From: a virus
Taxonomy: Duplodnaviria > Caudoviricetes
DNA: 26,303 nt
Virus record (IMG/VR): IMGVR_UViG_3300012157_000031
Coordinates: 1-26,303 of that record
Direction: 5' to 3' (one strand)
The stretch's first letter is position 1. Each line of letters begins with the position of its first letter. Shown piece after piece: positions 26,233-26,303 of the stretch. The position numbers and the translations under genes are program-made. Under the pieces are notes generated by a model that was not told the DNA's origin, made no database searches, and saw only the letters and a list, made by a program, of their open reading frames with translations.

Positions 26233-26303
26233 GTTATGCATGTTGGCCATCCCAGCGTAACGTGCTTTTTTTGTGCGTTCAGCTTCAGAGACGGGTGCGA
26301 TCA

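Larger units (their letters stand above)
1..26303. mobile_element. Tailed dsDNA phage (Caudoviricetes, short-tailed-type structural module) genome segment
   Basis: Co-oriented terminase-portal-scaffold-capsid-adaptor-nozzle-fibre-lysin-ejection gene order. No tape measure, sheath or tube gene and no host housekeeping genes seen. Confidence 0.95.

Noticed and set aside
1-26303. CRISPR array, tRNA, integrase/att site, diversity-generating retroelement repeats
   Set aside because: No regularly spaced repeats, cloverleaf, recombinase or template/variable repeat pair seen by eye; a computational self-alignment was not possible.

Overview
The window is part of a tailed dsDNA phage (or prophage) genome with a podovirus-like (P22/T7-type) morphogenesis operon on the minus strand, running 24563 to 1. 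Gene order: small beta protein, putative small terminase, membrane proteins, large terminase, six accessory genes, portal with a Zn-ribbon insertion, scaffold, major capsid, decoration and beta-helix proteins, head-tail adaptor, nozzle, fibre/collagen cassette, GH108 lysin, GNAT-like protein and ejection proteins. The most striking part is the divergent control region and first rightward gene (24564-25650). It holds two outward-facing sigma54 (GG-N10-GC) promoters, IHF-like sites, TGTC..GACA enhancer-like sites, a four-unit 11-bp-periodic Pho-box-like array and a sigma70 promoter. Further right are an rRNA-type BoxA and a 128-aa gene enclosed by a 22-bp long-range RNA helix (all non-Watson-Crick pairs are G-U) that overlaps an RBS-sequestering hairpin, followed by an intrinsic terminator. 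All calls are from motifs and synteny read by eye; no searches were run.
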